DNA of 63,155 nt, filler included, from Vannella sp. (lineage: Eukaryota), in the NCBI GenBank assembly GCA_023345925.1. It is 8 parts of 8 records of this genome, joined end to end, with 100 filler letters (N's around TTAATTAATTAA, not from the genome) between each part and the next. Parts side by side here need not be neighbours in the genome. Positions count along the whole stretch, not along the records: positions 33,892 to 40,614 come from JAJQQN010001207.1; positions 40,715 to 49,091 come from JAJQQN010000577.1; 6 more parts are not named here. One strand, given 5' to 3'. Below the pieces are notes generated by a model that saw only the letters and a program-made list of their open reading frames with translations, was not told where the DNA came from and searched no databases. Made by a program: the position numbers and the translations under genes. Below, piece by piece: positions 35,386 through 48,469 of this stretch. Numbering within the stretch: position 1 is the stretch's first letter; every line of letters starts with the position of its first letter.

Positions 35386-37080
35386 TCATTTTCTTTCTCT
35401 TTGCTTGTGTGAGGCAGAGAGTAATCCCATTAGGTTGGTCAGAGCATTAGATGTTCCGGGTTGCTCTTCACAGCAATCAAGGAACTGTTTCATCAGGTTC
35501 AGGTTCTCGTCAAGGACGTTCTCCCCGTCCATGTTGATCCGCTCGAAGTCTTGGGAGAGGTTCTGTTCTCCTCTAAGCTCAGCATCCATTTGGTCCATGA
35601 TATCTCGCATCTCTGGGTCTTCTTCCATGTCTTCTGACCCCGAGTAGAAGGAGGAGTCGGTGTCTGAGCTATCCTCCTGCCCGAAAGTGACCCCATCAAG
35701 ACCAGACTTATTGTTGAGAAACTCATTCACTTGGTCAGCTATGCCAGGTAGATGAGGGTTTCCAGATTCAGATTGCTTTGTGTAGAGCTCCATCTCCCGT
35801 TGGCGCTCAAGGAGGAGATCTTCGACTTCTTCTGGTGAAATCTCCAACCAAGACGAGTCAGTATCATCTGGGAGATGGCATCGCTCTCTTGTATGGGCTT
35901 CCAGGGAGCTTTGATCCACGCACGCAAAGCGGTGAAGGAGGGATGAACTTCTCGTGTCTTCCTCCTTGACCACGCGATCGTACAGAGCAGAGAGGCAGAA
36001 AGAGAGCTTGTTACCAAGTTCGATCCCTTTTGCTTCAGGAGTGAGACACTGCTCTGGCTTGATTGAAGAGTTTTGATCCCCTCCTGGGAGCTGGAAGAAG
36101 CTGACTTGAGCGAATAGCCACCTAGAGAAACGTACTCGCACCCAAATGGGTTCCTTTTGTTCGCCATACATATCCAAGAGTCTGGACCGAGGTGTGGAGG
36201 GCGTGTGCCGGCGCTTGATTGGGTCCATCAACCAATCTGGGTGATACACCCATTGGATCGCTTCAGAGAGAACGACAGAGTCTTCGAGAAGTCTTGCTAA
36301 GGGCTCTGCAACGCAGACAGCTGCAAAGTGTTGCTCCTGAAGCGAGCCGATCTCTCCCTTTTCCATCTGAGCTAGTGCCTCTCGATACTTCAGAGTTCTA
36401 GCAAAGGCAGTCTTCTCCACTAAATCTGGTGCTCTCATAGTGTGCCTCCCTTCTCGTGCGCATGCAAGGGCTTCCGCGATGGAGGGAAAGGATGAGCTAT
36501 CTCCAAAGAAGGCGGGACCTTGTTCGGTGGTAAAGCTTGAAGGGTCATTAATAGATATACAACGAGGGAGTAAGAGAAGCTGTCCCTTGGAAAGGAAGAC
36601 TCGGTTGATAGAGTGCTTGGGCTTCGAGATCCACTTGGGGAGGTGGAAAGCAGCTTCGATCAGGAGGAATTCACCGTCATTGTCATGAACAGTGATGATG
36701 GGGTCACAGAGGCTCTGTAGATCGGTATCCTCGCTGATCTGAAGAAGAAGGAAGACCACAAACCATTCATCCTCCACGCAGTCTCCCACAAACATCCGAT
36801 GCCATAGGTGGGGCGCTGCTCCTTCAAGGGGATCCTTCTTCCGGCGATGAGAACTGCGTAACGAACCTCCTTCACTGTGAATGGAAAGAGCAAAGGCATC
36901 GCGATGCCAAACATAGTTGCGACAAAGCCTCTCCACCAGCCTCATGATCCTCTCTTCTGCTTCTATCAGAGACACTCCCGCACGAAGGAAGATCCTAAAC
37001 TCGACAAAGTCCTCCTCCTTAGCGCCCCCCTCGAACAATTCCATCCCTCCTCCCTTGTCCACCACCAAATGGTCCTGCAT
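35386..37080 (-). CDS. ECD: Ecdysoneless/SGT1 family protein
   Basis: YVWHRDAF; GDCVEDEWFVVFLL; DNDGEFLLIEAAFHLPKW; NRVF; MDQMDAEL. Confidence 0.9.
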   Translation of the reverse strand: MQDHLVVDKGGGMELFEGGAKEEDFVEFRIFLRAGVSLIEAEERIMRLVERLCRNYVWHRDAFALSIHSEGGSLRSSHRRKKDPLEGAAPHLWHRMFVGDCVEDEWFVVFLLLQISEDTDLQSLCDPIITVHDNDGEFLLIEAAFHLPKWISKPKHSINRVFLSKGQLLLLPRCISINDPSSFTTEQGPAFFGDSSSFPSIAEALACAREGRHTMRAPDLVEKTAFARTLKYREALAQMEKGEIGSLQEQHFAAVCVAEPLARLLEDSVVLSEAIQWVYHPDWLMDPIKRRHTPSTPRSRLLDMYGEQKEPIWVRVRFSRWLFAQVSFFQLPGGDQNSSIKPEQCLTPEAKGIELGNKLSFCLSALYDRVVKEEDTRSSSLLHRFACVDQSSLEAHTRERCHLPDDTDSSWLEISPEEVEDLLLERQREMELYTKQSESGNPHLPGIADQVNEFLNNKSGLDGVTFGQEDSSDTDSSFYSGSEDMEEDPEMRDIMDQMDAELRGEQNLSQDFERINMDGENVLDENLNLMKQFLDCCEEQPGTSNALTNLMGLLSASHKQRERK

Positions 37081-37179
37081 CAAGCACACCCAGTTGCCGC
37101 CCAGTCAGCTGACTTGTCCCCCAAATGAGTTATCCCACTACATGGCAATGATTGGGGTCATTCATTGGCTTGCATTCCT

Positions 37180-39349
37180 TCAAGCAAAGGAAGAGCTGAT
37201 GGTCATTCGAGACCCATCGCGGGGCCTTCGAGGTTGGGGAGTTGTTGCTGGAGAGCTTTGGGTGCTGATTAGCTTTTGGATGGGAGAGAGCCACGCTGTC
37301 TTGTCAGCAGGTGTCTCAGTCTGGAAGGAGGTTGTCTTCTCGCCATCAATATTTCCCACATTGAAAGTGTGTTCGCCTGCGTTACAGTGTTAGGAAGGTC
37401 TGACTGAATCAGGACACTCTTACCAAGGGTAATCGCCTCGCAGTGGGCCAGAACATAAGTGTGAACGTGGTCATAATACTCAGTTCCAGTAACAAGGCGA
37501 GTCTTCTCGTCGCTTATCACAAGAATGTCACTAAAAAGAAAGACCCGGCGGGGCATGACAGGGACACCTCTCTCTGCTTCTTGGAGAATCCCTTGCATGA
37601 TGAAGCGACGGTGAGGCAGTAGCAAGTCCTCTTTGAGCCCCACAAACTTTCGCTGTATCAAGAGAGCTTGGTCCATCAGCTCAGACTCGCGCTTACTCTC
37701 ATTAATGGAGTTGGCCATGGTCTTCACAAGCTTCGAGCCTCTCTCCAATTGAGTATAGTCCGGATGCTCCGGCCAGGTATTCTTGAGAAGATCTTTGAGC
37801 AGCATCTCATAACGCGGTAGCCGCTGCACTGGGAGAATCAAGAAAGACTCCAGAGGTAGACAGGCAAAGGATCCGGTCAAAGAAAGTGTCTTATGGCGAA
37901 GAAACGAGTCTAGTTTGGGGTCTTTTGAGCGTAGTTCCCTGAGGAGAGTGACAGCATGGTCATAGTTATTCACATATTGAATGTACACTTTGAATTGCTC
38001 CGCCAGACTAGTAAAGACATCCCCTATTCGCGAGGAAGAGTGTCCCCACTCGTGGTTGATTCGTTTCTCCAGTTGAGAAAGAACTAGACTGTGGAGAAGG
38101 AGGATGCTCTCTACGTTGCAGAAGATGTCTTGCAGGAGCTCTTTGGTGAGGGAAAGGGGTGTTCGATGGCGAGGAGGGAGAGCGAGAGAGTGTTGAGTGG
38201 CTGTTTTACCGTCCCACGTCAAAGTGCCTCCCACTACTTCTTCACAAGATGCCCTAAACGTTGATATCAAGTGACCTAACCCATCACCGTACGAGAACTC
38301 GGTAGTCAGAAGTTCTTCTGCAATCCTCCTTCGGTGGAGGACTTCTTTGGCTGGACGTGTGTCAGAGAGTCCAAACACGCACCAAACTACAACATACTCC
38401 GTGTAGTAACTAGTCGGCGAGCTCCAAGCCACCGAGCAAAGGTCTGAAGGATAGTATTAGCGCGGACGACACACTCGAACTGTCTTCGCTGTTTGACTGC
38501 TTTCCAGCTCTTCTGGAGCAAACAGGAAGCTTTTCGGAGGTCTTGAAAGTCTCTTCTCAACTTCTTTCCCACCCAAGCACTGTGGATGAGTTCTAGAGCG
38601 GTCTTTGGGGTGTGAGAGAGGTTAACTCTTGGCAAGGGAGAGCGTACCATTTGCGACTGTTCCTGCTCTGTATAGAGAACCATGGTTGAAGAGCATATCG
38701 TTTCGTTGTTGCTATCAATCTGCCTGCCAGGTTGAAGGTGTGCCAGGTCAGACTCACGCAAGAGCTTCCCGGGAGATCGGATGCTCTCTTGCACCAGCAG
38801 AGCGATCTTCTTTCGTTGCTGAGCCTCATCCTCAGGGCTGCCGTCGCGGTTGTTATGTTCTACCATAAAGAGCGCAGAGGACTGGAGGATGTGGTTCGCC
38901 CAAGCCTCCATCTCGCTCTCACTCTCCAGAGAGAGGATGACCGCGTTAGGGCTGGCAACTAGCGTTGAACTGCTAATAATGGCCTCTTCGAGGCTCTCTG
39001 ACAGCTTCTCGGGGTTGATAGAGAGTGGCACGATGTGAAGCAGGAACCCCGGTCCCACTTGAGGGTCTTTGTTGATGATATCCAAGTACGTATGATTAAG
39101 AGAGATCTTCTCCGCCCTTTTGGGCCTCCGTGCGACATCAAATGGCTACAAACATGATGAGTAACAAGAAAGGGATCCGAAAGAAGGGCACACCTTGACG
39201 TGGTAGTACAGATCGATGTCCTCAAGCACAAAGTAGAAGCGTTTCCACTCGAAGCTCTTTGGAGAAGTCCAAAAAGAGAGTCTTCGGCGGGTTTTGCGTC
39301 TGAGGGTCAGCCAGCCCTCATAACTCCCTGTCCGTCCACCGTTGTGCAT
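37180..39349 (-). CDS. RhoGEF (PH - IQ - DH - PH), multi-exon
   Basis: GWL..WKRFYFVL (PH); IQ-like LQ..W/LQTFAR; EELLTTE.SY and LILPVQRLPRYEMLLKDLLKNT (DH); FLFSDIL (PH). Confidence 0.85.
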
Positions 39350-39492
39350 CGGAGGTCCAATAAATTATGCTTATTTATGGACTTTCGTCTTTCAGTTCCA
39401 GAAATGAATATGGAGCATGTGCCCCCTCTATTAATAGCGCAATTGGGGTTCAAAGAAAATCTCGATTACCTTTTCCTTCTTTGATCATTTTA

Positions 39493-40614
39493 ATGGGGCC
39501 AGCTTGGGCAAGCTGTGTGTGGGCTGTCCTCACGCTTGTGGGAGCATCTCCCGCTGTGCTCGAGATTCCCTTCTTGAGTTACGACGTATCTACTGGCCCC
39601 CTCTTCATTGATGATGGCTATCGCTACATCCAACAGCAAATCTTTGCGGGTGGGTCTTCCCTCTTACGCATTGAAGTACTGACCGTCAGGCCGATGTATA
39701 GCGGCTCAGTTTGCTGTTGAAGACATAAACAACGATCCAGAAATCCTGCCAAACACTCAACTGGTCCTCAAAGAGTACGCCCACTTCTTCTCTTCCGTCG
39801 TAAGCCCCACCAACTGGCCGTATGCGGAGACTTTCCTTGACACCTACTCGCTCTAGGCAGCTATTCAAGTGCTCTTAGAGCTTTCCTTCTCTAATCAAAC
39901 GTTGTTGACTGGCAATCTGGTCGCAGAGACAACTGCATCCACCGCTGTTACCGGATCAGTGTACGGCATTGCAGAGCTGGGAACTGGAGTGGGCTCCACT
40001 CCGTTATCTAACAAGCGATTGTATCCTAACTACTCTCGCATCTTCCCATCGATAAGCCTGCAAGTGAAGACCATCCGGGATGTGATTCTTCACTACGGAC
40101 AGAACCGCAGAGGATGGACTGATCTCGCTCTCCTATCCACAACAGAGGAGCTGGGGGTTGACATGGCAAAGAACTTCATCAGCCAACTGGTCCCTTGCGG
40201 GTGGTCTCTTTCCGGCAGATTGTGGCTTTCTCGGAACTGAATATGGAGATAGAGATGCGGGAGATCAAGACCTCAGGGGCTCGGGTAATCGTTGCATGCG
40301 TTTACACACCTTGGTATCTTGTTGTGGAGGCAGCGATCAAGGCGGAGCTCGTTGGTCCAGACTACGTTTGGATTGTCTCAGATTATAACGTGGGGATTAC
40401 TCCACCAACCTTTTCTGATTTTGATAGTACGAGGGAGACGCAGGGTCTGATAGGGAGCTTCGTATTTATCGATTACTCTGCCCCATTGCTCGCCATGTTC
40501 GAAGAACGCTGGGACATGGCTGACAAAGAAATCTATCCAGGGACGACTGGACCACCCAATCCATACTACTACTTGATTCGTGACATGATATACACTGCAG
40601 GACTCGCAGCTCAT
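39493..40614 (+). CDS. Venus-flytrap (ANF receptor-type) ectodomain protein, probably a class C GPCR or receptor cyclase; 3' end truncated
   Basis: Signal peptide; AVEDINNDPEILPNTQL; STPLSNKRLYPNYSRIFPS; EIKTSGARVIV; YVWI. Confidence 0.75.
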
Positions 40615-40714
40615 NNNNNNNNNNNNNNNNNNNNNNNNNNNNNNNNNNNNNNNNNNNNTTAATTAATTAANNNNNNNNNNNNNNNNNNNNNNNNNNNNNN
40701 NNNNNNNNNNNNNN
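40615..40714. other. Artificial contig linker
   Basis: N44-TTAATTAATTAA-N44. Confidence 0.99.
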
Positions 40715-40795
40715 ATTGGCCTTAAGGATTCCAGGAATTTGGTCTGGTTGGCTGGGCTTGATCATTCATCAGTCCCTGCGCCCAAAGCCACCTCA

Positions 40796-41474
40796 ATGAC
40801 GACCATCGGAGCCGAAAAATCTATCGTGGAACTGACTCCCCCCAACGATATCTGCGACGAAGAGGATTGCCCAACAAATGAGCTGACTCCTTCGGGACAG
40901 GGGTCAGTCCCCTGCGTCCGACTTGCATTGATGAGTTATTTGCCCTTTCCGGAGAGTTAACACGGGTTAGCCCTGTTGCGATGTGTGTTGGCGGATAAGC
41001 TAACGAATGGATGTAGCTTGTGAGCATACTTGGATTGATAGGGTTTGGATTCGATGCAATAGGTGTTTCTTTCGTTGCAGGAAGAAAAGTCGAAGCCAAC
41101 TATGCACTCACTTGGCTCTCTGTTTTGCAAGCCCTGGTGATGATAGGATTAGTCAAAAGCATGCGCAGTGTTCAGTCAAGGAAGCTCCCTTTGCTGCTGG
41201 TAGGTCGAACAACATTGTCTGCATCTCTCCGCTCACCATACCTTAGCTGTCATGCTTGATGATCTTCCTTGCAGCGGGACAACTGACCGCAGGGATTGTG
41301 ATTCTCTCGCTGGAGGACTGGAAAGACTATTTCGTTGTCGGGCCTCTGGTCACTATCACTGTTTCCGTCTTCTGCATCTGCGAGGCTGTCTCTTCATTCA
41401 TGTTTGCCGTTGTCGGAATAGCGAAGGTGATCGAATTGCATTGCACCTCGAGCTATGTTCATTTGAGCGTCTAA
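40796..41474 (+). CDS. Hypothetical membrane protein with about 4 TM helices, multi-exon
   Basis: Hydrophobic ORFs 41020..41259 and 41256..41474 are joined by a GTAGG..TTAG intron; the 5' exons are uncertain. Confidence 0.5.
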
Positions 41475-41511
41475 ATGTACCTTCTACCAAAGGCGGTTTG
41501 ATCAGGACCAA

Positions 41512-41562
41512 TTTTGGCGGGAAAATGCGGAAGGCGGGAAAGTGGGCGAAAGTCTTTGGCGG
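41512..41562. promoter_or_regulatory. Cluster of E2F-type sites upstream of Pol epsilon
   Basis: TTTTGGCGGGAAAA (41512-41525), GGCGGGAAA (41533-41541), TTTGGCGG (41555-41562). Confidence 0.6.
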
Positions 41563-41572
41563 ACCATTCTTC

Positions 41573-44500
41573 ATGGGGCACGGGTACCGACCGAACAAAG
41601 GCAAGTCAGAGAAATCGACAGGGCCTTCAGCAGAGCAAAAGCTCCAGAATGAGGAGTTGGAGGCTCAGTTCGGGTTTGCACGAGTGAATGAAGGTGCTGA
41701 GAGGTTGGGTTGGTTGATGAATATGCAACCTTCCGACATGCAACAGTCTGACACAGGTACAACGCTCTCTGCTGTTGACTTTTACTTCATCCAGCAAGAT
41801 GGAGGAACCTTCAAGGTGACGCTCGCCAACCATCCTTACTTCTACATCGCCATAGCAGCGCCGTTCTTTGCTGAAGTCGAGGCTCACCTCAAGATCAAGT
41901 ACCAGAGGTACATCTCTCAAGCAAGAGCTGTCATGAAGGAGGATCTGGACCTCCGCAACCACCTTTCTGGCCTGAAACGGCGCTACCTTCGAGTGGAGTT
42001 CTTCACTATCAACGACTTGCTCCACGTTCGCTCAGAGATCACGCCACACATCACTCGAAACTCGATTGAGAAGGTGCTGACAGAGACTTACTCTCTCTGG
42101 CAGACCAAGAACGACGGGGAGGACGAGGAAGTTGAACAACAGGCCGTCCCTGAGACGTACAAGAGTCCTTTGGCTCATATTGAGGACCTCCGTGAAGCTG
42201 ATGTTCCCTTCTATGTCCGTACATCGATTGATTTGAACATCCGCGTCGGCTTCTGGTACAACATCAACTTTGTCGGGGGAGTCGCCACTTTGACTCAACG
42301 GTACGCGCTCCCTGGTTGTCTTTTCGCCTACTGACAAAGCTCTACCTTTAGTCCTGACTTGCTTCAACGTGCAGAGCTTCGTGTATTCGCGTTTGACATC
42401 GAAACGACGAAGCTACCGCTAAAGTTCCCCGACGCGGACATCGACTCCATCATGATGATCTCCTACATGGCGGATGACCAAGGTTTCTTGATCATCAACC
42501 GTGAGTGTGTCAGTGAGGACGTGGAGGACTTCGAATACACACCCAAGCCTGAGTACGAAGGTCCCTTCACCGTCTTCAACGAAACCACCGAGATCGACCT
42601 TCTTAGGCGCTTCTTTGAGCATATAAGAGAGCTCAAGCCCAACGTGTACGTCACGTTCAACGGAGACTTCTTTGATTGGCCCTTCATCGATGCTCGAGCG
42701 ACCATTCACGGGATGAACCTCTCTCAAGAGATCGGCGTCTACAAGAACTCCAAGGATGAGTACCGCTCGCGCTTTGCTTCACACCTGGATGCGTACAAGT
42801 GGGTGGTGCGTGACTCTTACTTGCCAGTGGGCTCGCAAGGCCTCAAGGCGGTCACCAAAGCGCTGTTAGGCTACGACCCCGTTGAGGTGGACCCTGAAGA
42901 CATGGTCCAGTTTGCCTTGGACAAGCCCCAGGTGATGGCTAGCTACTCTGTATCTGATGCTGTAGCCACGTACTATCTCTACATGAAGTATGTGCAGCCC
43001 TTCATCTTCTCTTTGTGCACAATCATCCCCATGAACCCCGATGACGTACTGAGGAAGGGCAGTGGAACGCTCTGTGAGACTCTTCTGATGGTGGAAGCGT
43101 TCTCCGTGAACATCATCTTCCCCAACAAACAGTCACAAGAGGCTGGGAAGCTCTACAAAGGGCACCAGATCGAATCTGAGACTTACGTTGGCGGTCATGT
43201 CGAGGCGTTGCAGTCTGGCGTGTTCCGCAACGACATCCAAGAGCGCTTTGAGCTAGATCCTACCATGTTCCAGCAACTTATCGATCAACTTGACGCCACT
43301 CTCCGCTACACAGTCGAAATCGAGGAGAACATGAAGGTCACCGACATTGCCAACCTCGAGGAGATCCGTGCAGACATCTTGAGCAAGCTACAACTACTTC
43401 AAAGCAGTCCTCAGTTGAAAGAATGCCCTCAGATCTACCATCTTGACGTAGGAGCCATGTATCCGAACATTATTCTCACAAATAGACTCCAACCGTCATC
43501 CATTGTCTCCAACGAAGACTGCGCTGCCTGTGACTATAACACAGCTGATAGCGGCTGCCAACGGCCAATGCAATGGACTTGGCGAGGAGACTACATTCCT
43601 GCCTCCAGTGCTGAGTACCGCATGATTTTGGGTCAACTGGAAGGGGAACGCTTCAAACCCATCTACAGTGACCAGTACCGCACTCGCGAGTACCGCCTAC
43701 CTGCTGACCAATTAGTACCATTCAGCCAACTGCCTAAATCCCAGAAAGAGCAGCTCCTGACGGCACGTTTAAAGGACTATTCGAAGAAGGTTTACGGCAA
43801 AACGCACGTGATTAAGTCAGAGGTCCGCACGGATACAGTATGCCAACGTGAGAATCCTTTTTACGTGGATACTGTGCGAGCATTCCGCGATCGCAGATAC
43901 ACTTACAAGAGTGACTTGAAGACGTGGAAAGGGAAACTAGAAAGTGCCCAACGCGGCGGAGATATTGAACGCATCCAAGAGGCCAAAGACATGAACGTTC
44001 TCTTTGATTCGTTGCAGTTAGCTCACAAGTGCATTCTGAACTCTTTTTACGGTTATGTGATGCGTTCTGGGGCGCGTTGGTTCTCCATGGAAATGGCCGG
44101 AATTGTGACGCATGCAGGAAGTCAGATCATCAAACGCGCGCGAGAAGTGCTCGATGGAGTAGGAAAGCCACTGGAATTGGATACAGACGGTATCTGGACT
44201 CTCCTTCCCAAGTCCTTCCCGGAGAATTTCGAATTGCAGTTGACTGAAGAAGCTTCCTCTCGGACTGGAAAGAAGAAGGTCGTCTTCTCTTACCCTTGCG
44301 TTTTGCTGAACTATCGAGTGCGCGACCAATTCACTAATCCACAGTATCAAACACTTAACAAAGAAACTGGCAAGTATGAAACGAGAGAGGAATGTTCCAT
44401 TCTCTTCGAAGTGGACGGTCCTTATCGTGCTATGATCCTTCCAGCATCTACAGAAGAAGACAAACGACTCAAGAAACGTTACGCTGTCTTCAACAATGAT

Positions 44501-47500
44501 GCCGAAGGCTCCTTAGCAGAGTTAAAAGGCTTTGAAATCAAACGTCGTGGAGAGCTAAAGCTCGTCAAACTCTTCCAATCTCAAGTATTCAAGACCTTCC
44601 TTCTCGGAAAAACTCTGAAAGAATGCTACAGTGAAGTAGGCAAAGTAGCTGACCACTGGCTGGACATTCTCTACACGAAAGGCCAAAATATCATTGATGA
44701 AGAGCTCCTTTCTCTCATCAGCTGCTCCAGTAACATGTCTCGCAAACTGGAAGAGTATGGCGCGCAGAAGAGCACGGCAATTACCACAGCAAAACGACTG
44801 GCAGAGTTTCTGGGAAGTCAAATTGTCAAAGACAAGGGACTGGCTTGCAAATTTATCATTGCATCCCGCCCCGCTCGAGCTCCGACCGTCGAAAGAGCTA
44901 TTCCAGTGGCTATCTTCTCTGCAGAGAAGGCCGTTTGTACATTCTTCTTGCAGAAGTGGCTGGGAGTGAGTATGGGCGCTGATTTTGACATTCGAGAGAT
45001 CATTGACTGGGACTACTACATCAATCGAGTGGCCAGCACTATCCGCAAGATCATTACTATTCCTGCCGCCATGCAAAAGATCTCTAATCCCGTCCCAAGA
45101 CTGCCACATCCTCAGTGGCTAGTAAAACGCATCGACCAAAGTTCCGGCAAACAGCTGAAGATTGCCTTTGGAAAGAAGGACCCAGCTATCACAGACATCG
45201 AGAACCTCGCAAATGGGCCTCTCGGAAACTCCATCTCAACTCCCTCCCGGCCAATCCCGAGAGCAACGCACCAAAAACATGTTGAAGAGCCTGTTATTCC
45301 ACTTCACGAGACTCCCAAGCCTGACATGAACACTGATTATGGGGCCTGGGTAGCTTGGTCAGTTGCCCAATGGAAGCATCAAAGACAAACTGCAAAGGCC
45401 AAAGAAGTGTCTCGAAAACGCAACGCCCGTCCGGGCTCTCTGAGTCCAGGAGCTCCACCTTCCAAACGCAGAGCGTTTGCCAGTAACGTCTCGCGCCAAC
45501 AAACTGGCCTCTTAGCCAGACAACAACAATCTCTGTTTGAAAAGCCTTGGGAGGTTATCCAAGTGGCTCCCATTGAGAACGCTCCCGGCGAGTTCCGTGT
45601 TTGGACCCTTATTGAGGACAAGCTGTACCCTGTTCAGATGACTGTTCCTCACATCTTCTTCATCCACTCTCGTACCAAGAACCCAAGCGGCATTGAGTCT
45701 CTTCCCAATGTCCAATTGAGTGACCAACAATTGCCCCATTCCAAGCCTAGCAAGTTCCTGTATCGTTTGCAGTTGTCTGAAATGCAGTATCAAAAGCACA
45801 TTAAGGATATCCAGGCGTTATCAAGCCTATCTGACGTGGAGGGCATCTATGAGACTCAAGTCCCGTCCCAGTTCCGGGCACTCATTCAACTCGGCTGTTT
45901 GTGCCGCTTTGACAAGCGCCAAGAGTCAAACGAGAGTGCAACAGCATGGGAACAAATGCAAGAGTCCTCCAACGGCATGAACTTTGGCCTTCATCAGCTC
46001 CAGAGACTCAAAAAGACACTTCCAGGCGATTATCTCTCCCTTGGAGAAGGGAATCGCTTCCGTCTCTGCTTCCTTTACTCTTCTAGCACAGAGACTCGCT
46101 CTATGTTCTGTTTAGTACTTCCAAAAGCAAAGGAAGTCCACCTCTTGTTTGTATCTGCCCTGTCGAAGAACTCCACTCCCAACATGGAAGCGCTTTTCGA
46201 GAAGTACTTGCCGGAATTCACTTTCCATACTCGCTTGTTTAAGCAGAAGCGGTACGCTGTATCTCAGATGAATGAGTTGATTCGTTTGTATAAGCAACAG
46301 CATCCAGGACCTGCAATCTTCCTTGTTCAAGGCTCTTCGAATGACTCAGCTCAGGAGTTCAATTCGAGTAGTGCGGACTCGCTTTGGAAGGCTCTGCGGG
46401 AGTATCCTGTGGTTGCTATCAATAGTAACCGTCAAGATCACCAATACCCTGCCTTTGGATGGGAAGGGTATTGTGTTAAGTTAGTGTCCACGCGTTACCA
46501 AGGCGCCATTGATTGGTTTACCACGCAAACAGACTTCTGTAGGTATGCTCAGATACCTATTGGTAATCTGACAAGAGACTATCCCATCCAAACGGCTGAT
46601 CTCTCCTTCAGCCGGAGCCTTTTGAGCCAGAAGCACTTGCTCTGGGTTTCCCCCACAACATTCCCAGATCTTGGAGCTCCCGTCTATTCCCACGCTGCTC
46701 TCATTGACGAGATTCGCTACCCTGAGAAGTGCATTCCTGGGTGCTTGACCACTGTCACTGTCTCCCTGCAACTGCGGAACGTTGCGTTGAACACTATTCT
46801 TCAGTCCCATCATGTCAATGATATTGAGCACATCCATTCAGCGAAGAGCGGCCAAAGTTCCTATGCCAAGGAGGAAGACAACATCATTCTGGATGACTCT
46901 TTGCAGTGCTTCCCGGCGTTCCGTATCCTGAAGCAACTTGTGAGCAGCTGGACGTTGGATTTGGAGAATGAACAACATCAGAGGTTCGCTGATGTCCTTC
47001 TTGACCACATCTATCGGTGGATTAGCTCTCCCACCTCGGTGTTATACGACCCAGCGCTTCTTCATTACATCCATTCACTCATGAAGAAAGTGTTTTTGCA
47101 GTTACTGGCCGAGTTCAAGAGCTTGGGAGCCACTATTGTCTATGCATCGTTCAATCAACTGATTATTAACACTCCAAAGCAGACTTCTGTGGATGCCGTG
47201 GCTTACACTGACTTTGCTCTGAAGAGTATTAAGAAGAAGAAACTCTTTTCGTGGGTTGGCATCGAAGTGAGTGAGTATTGGGAGATGGCGCTCTTCTTAG
47301 ACCAAGCAAACTACTGTGCCATTGTCAGTACCCCCGAGACACTTCAAACTGAGTGCAAGTCCAACTGGGATATGGCTCAATATCTACCAGAGAACCTCCA
47401 ACCTGCCTTTGTTGATGTCGTAGCGGACTATGGCCAGCGCCTCCACGCTTTATTCCACTCTCAAGAAGTGAAAGAGGGCGCTACTGACCAAGCCACTACA

Positions 47501-48181
47501 AATGACCTCCCTGGGGCAGACCCTAAGCTCCAAACTGCCGCTCGTAAGACAATCCTAAGAGAGCATATCGTTCCTAGACTCTTCAACTTAGTTCACGACG
47601 CTCAAAGCAACATGGCAACCGTCCAGCAAGCCACAACCAAGTCCCCTTCCCTCCAATTCATCCAGTACATCTGCAAAATCCTCTCTTTGGACGCTGTCGT
47701 CTCACAAGAAGTCATCAAACTCCAAAAGAATCTCTTCCGACTCGCCCAAGTCCGAGAATTCTCAAAGGAGGCCGAGTTTGTGAATCCCTCGGAAAGCTAC
47801 GTTCTCTATGACGTTATGTGTCAATTCTGTTCGTCCGTGAGGAACATTGACTTGCTCCGAGACCCTCGCTTAGCTGCCGGGGACTGGACTTGTCAGCATT
47901 GCCATCACGAGTACGACAAAGTGGGAGTCGAGAAGCGACTGATTGACATCCTCAAGCGGAAGTCGTTAGCTTACCAATTGCAGGATTTGGCGTGTGAGAA
48001 GTGTCATTTGGTCAAGGAAGATAACACTGGCCTCTATTGCAAGAGTTGTTCAGGCAAGTACGTAGCCACAATCAAGTACACGGAAGTCCTGCATTTCCTG
48101 CAACGCTTCCGGAAGATTGCGGAAACGCACCATCTTGACTGGCTGCTGGAAACAGCCAGTTGGATGTCCTCTTCTCTCTAA
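41573..48181 (+). CDS. POLE: DNA polymerase epsilon catalytic subunit, 2 exons
   Basis: AFDIETTKLPLKFPD (exonuclease); YHLDVGAMYPNII; HKCILNSFYGY; PLELDTDGIW; C-terminal CysA/CysB; intron 42301-42351. Confidence 0.97.
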
Positions 48182-48469
48182 GTCTATTAAACTCTTTTTC
48201 AATTCGTCCAGTGACCATGGACGAGGCAAGGTGAAGATGGAAGGGCACAGAAAGCCACTCGCGAGTTCATCTTCTGCTAGAAAGGGGTTCATTCCCCATT
48301 GACACGCATTAGAAATCAGTCATTAACCTTGTTGCTAGTGCTGCTGTGCTCTGTTACATCTGGGTGTTCGACATGGACGGCACAATAAAGAGGAAAACAA
48401 GTTTTTCTTTGTTGGAGCGTTCGAGAAGGGAAAGAACGATATGACTTGACAGTTGAAGTGATTGGGTCT

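Noticed and set aside
42359..48181. Intein or viral origin of the large B-family polymerase
   Set aside because: Length and motifs are collinear with ordinary eukaryotic Pol epsilon; no intein or homing-endonuclease motifs seen
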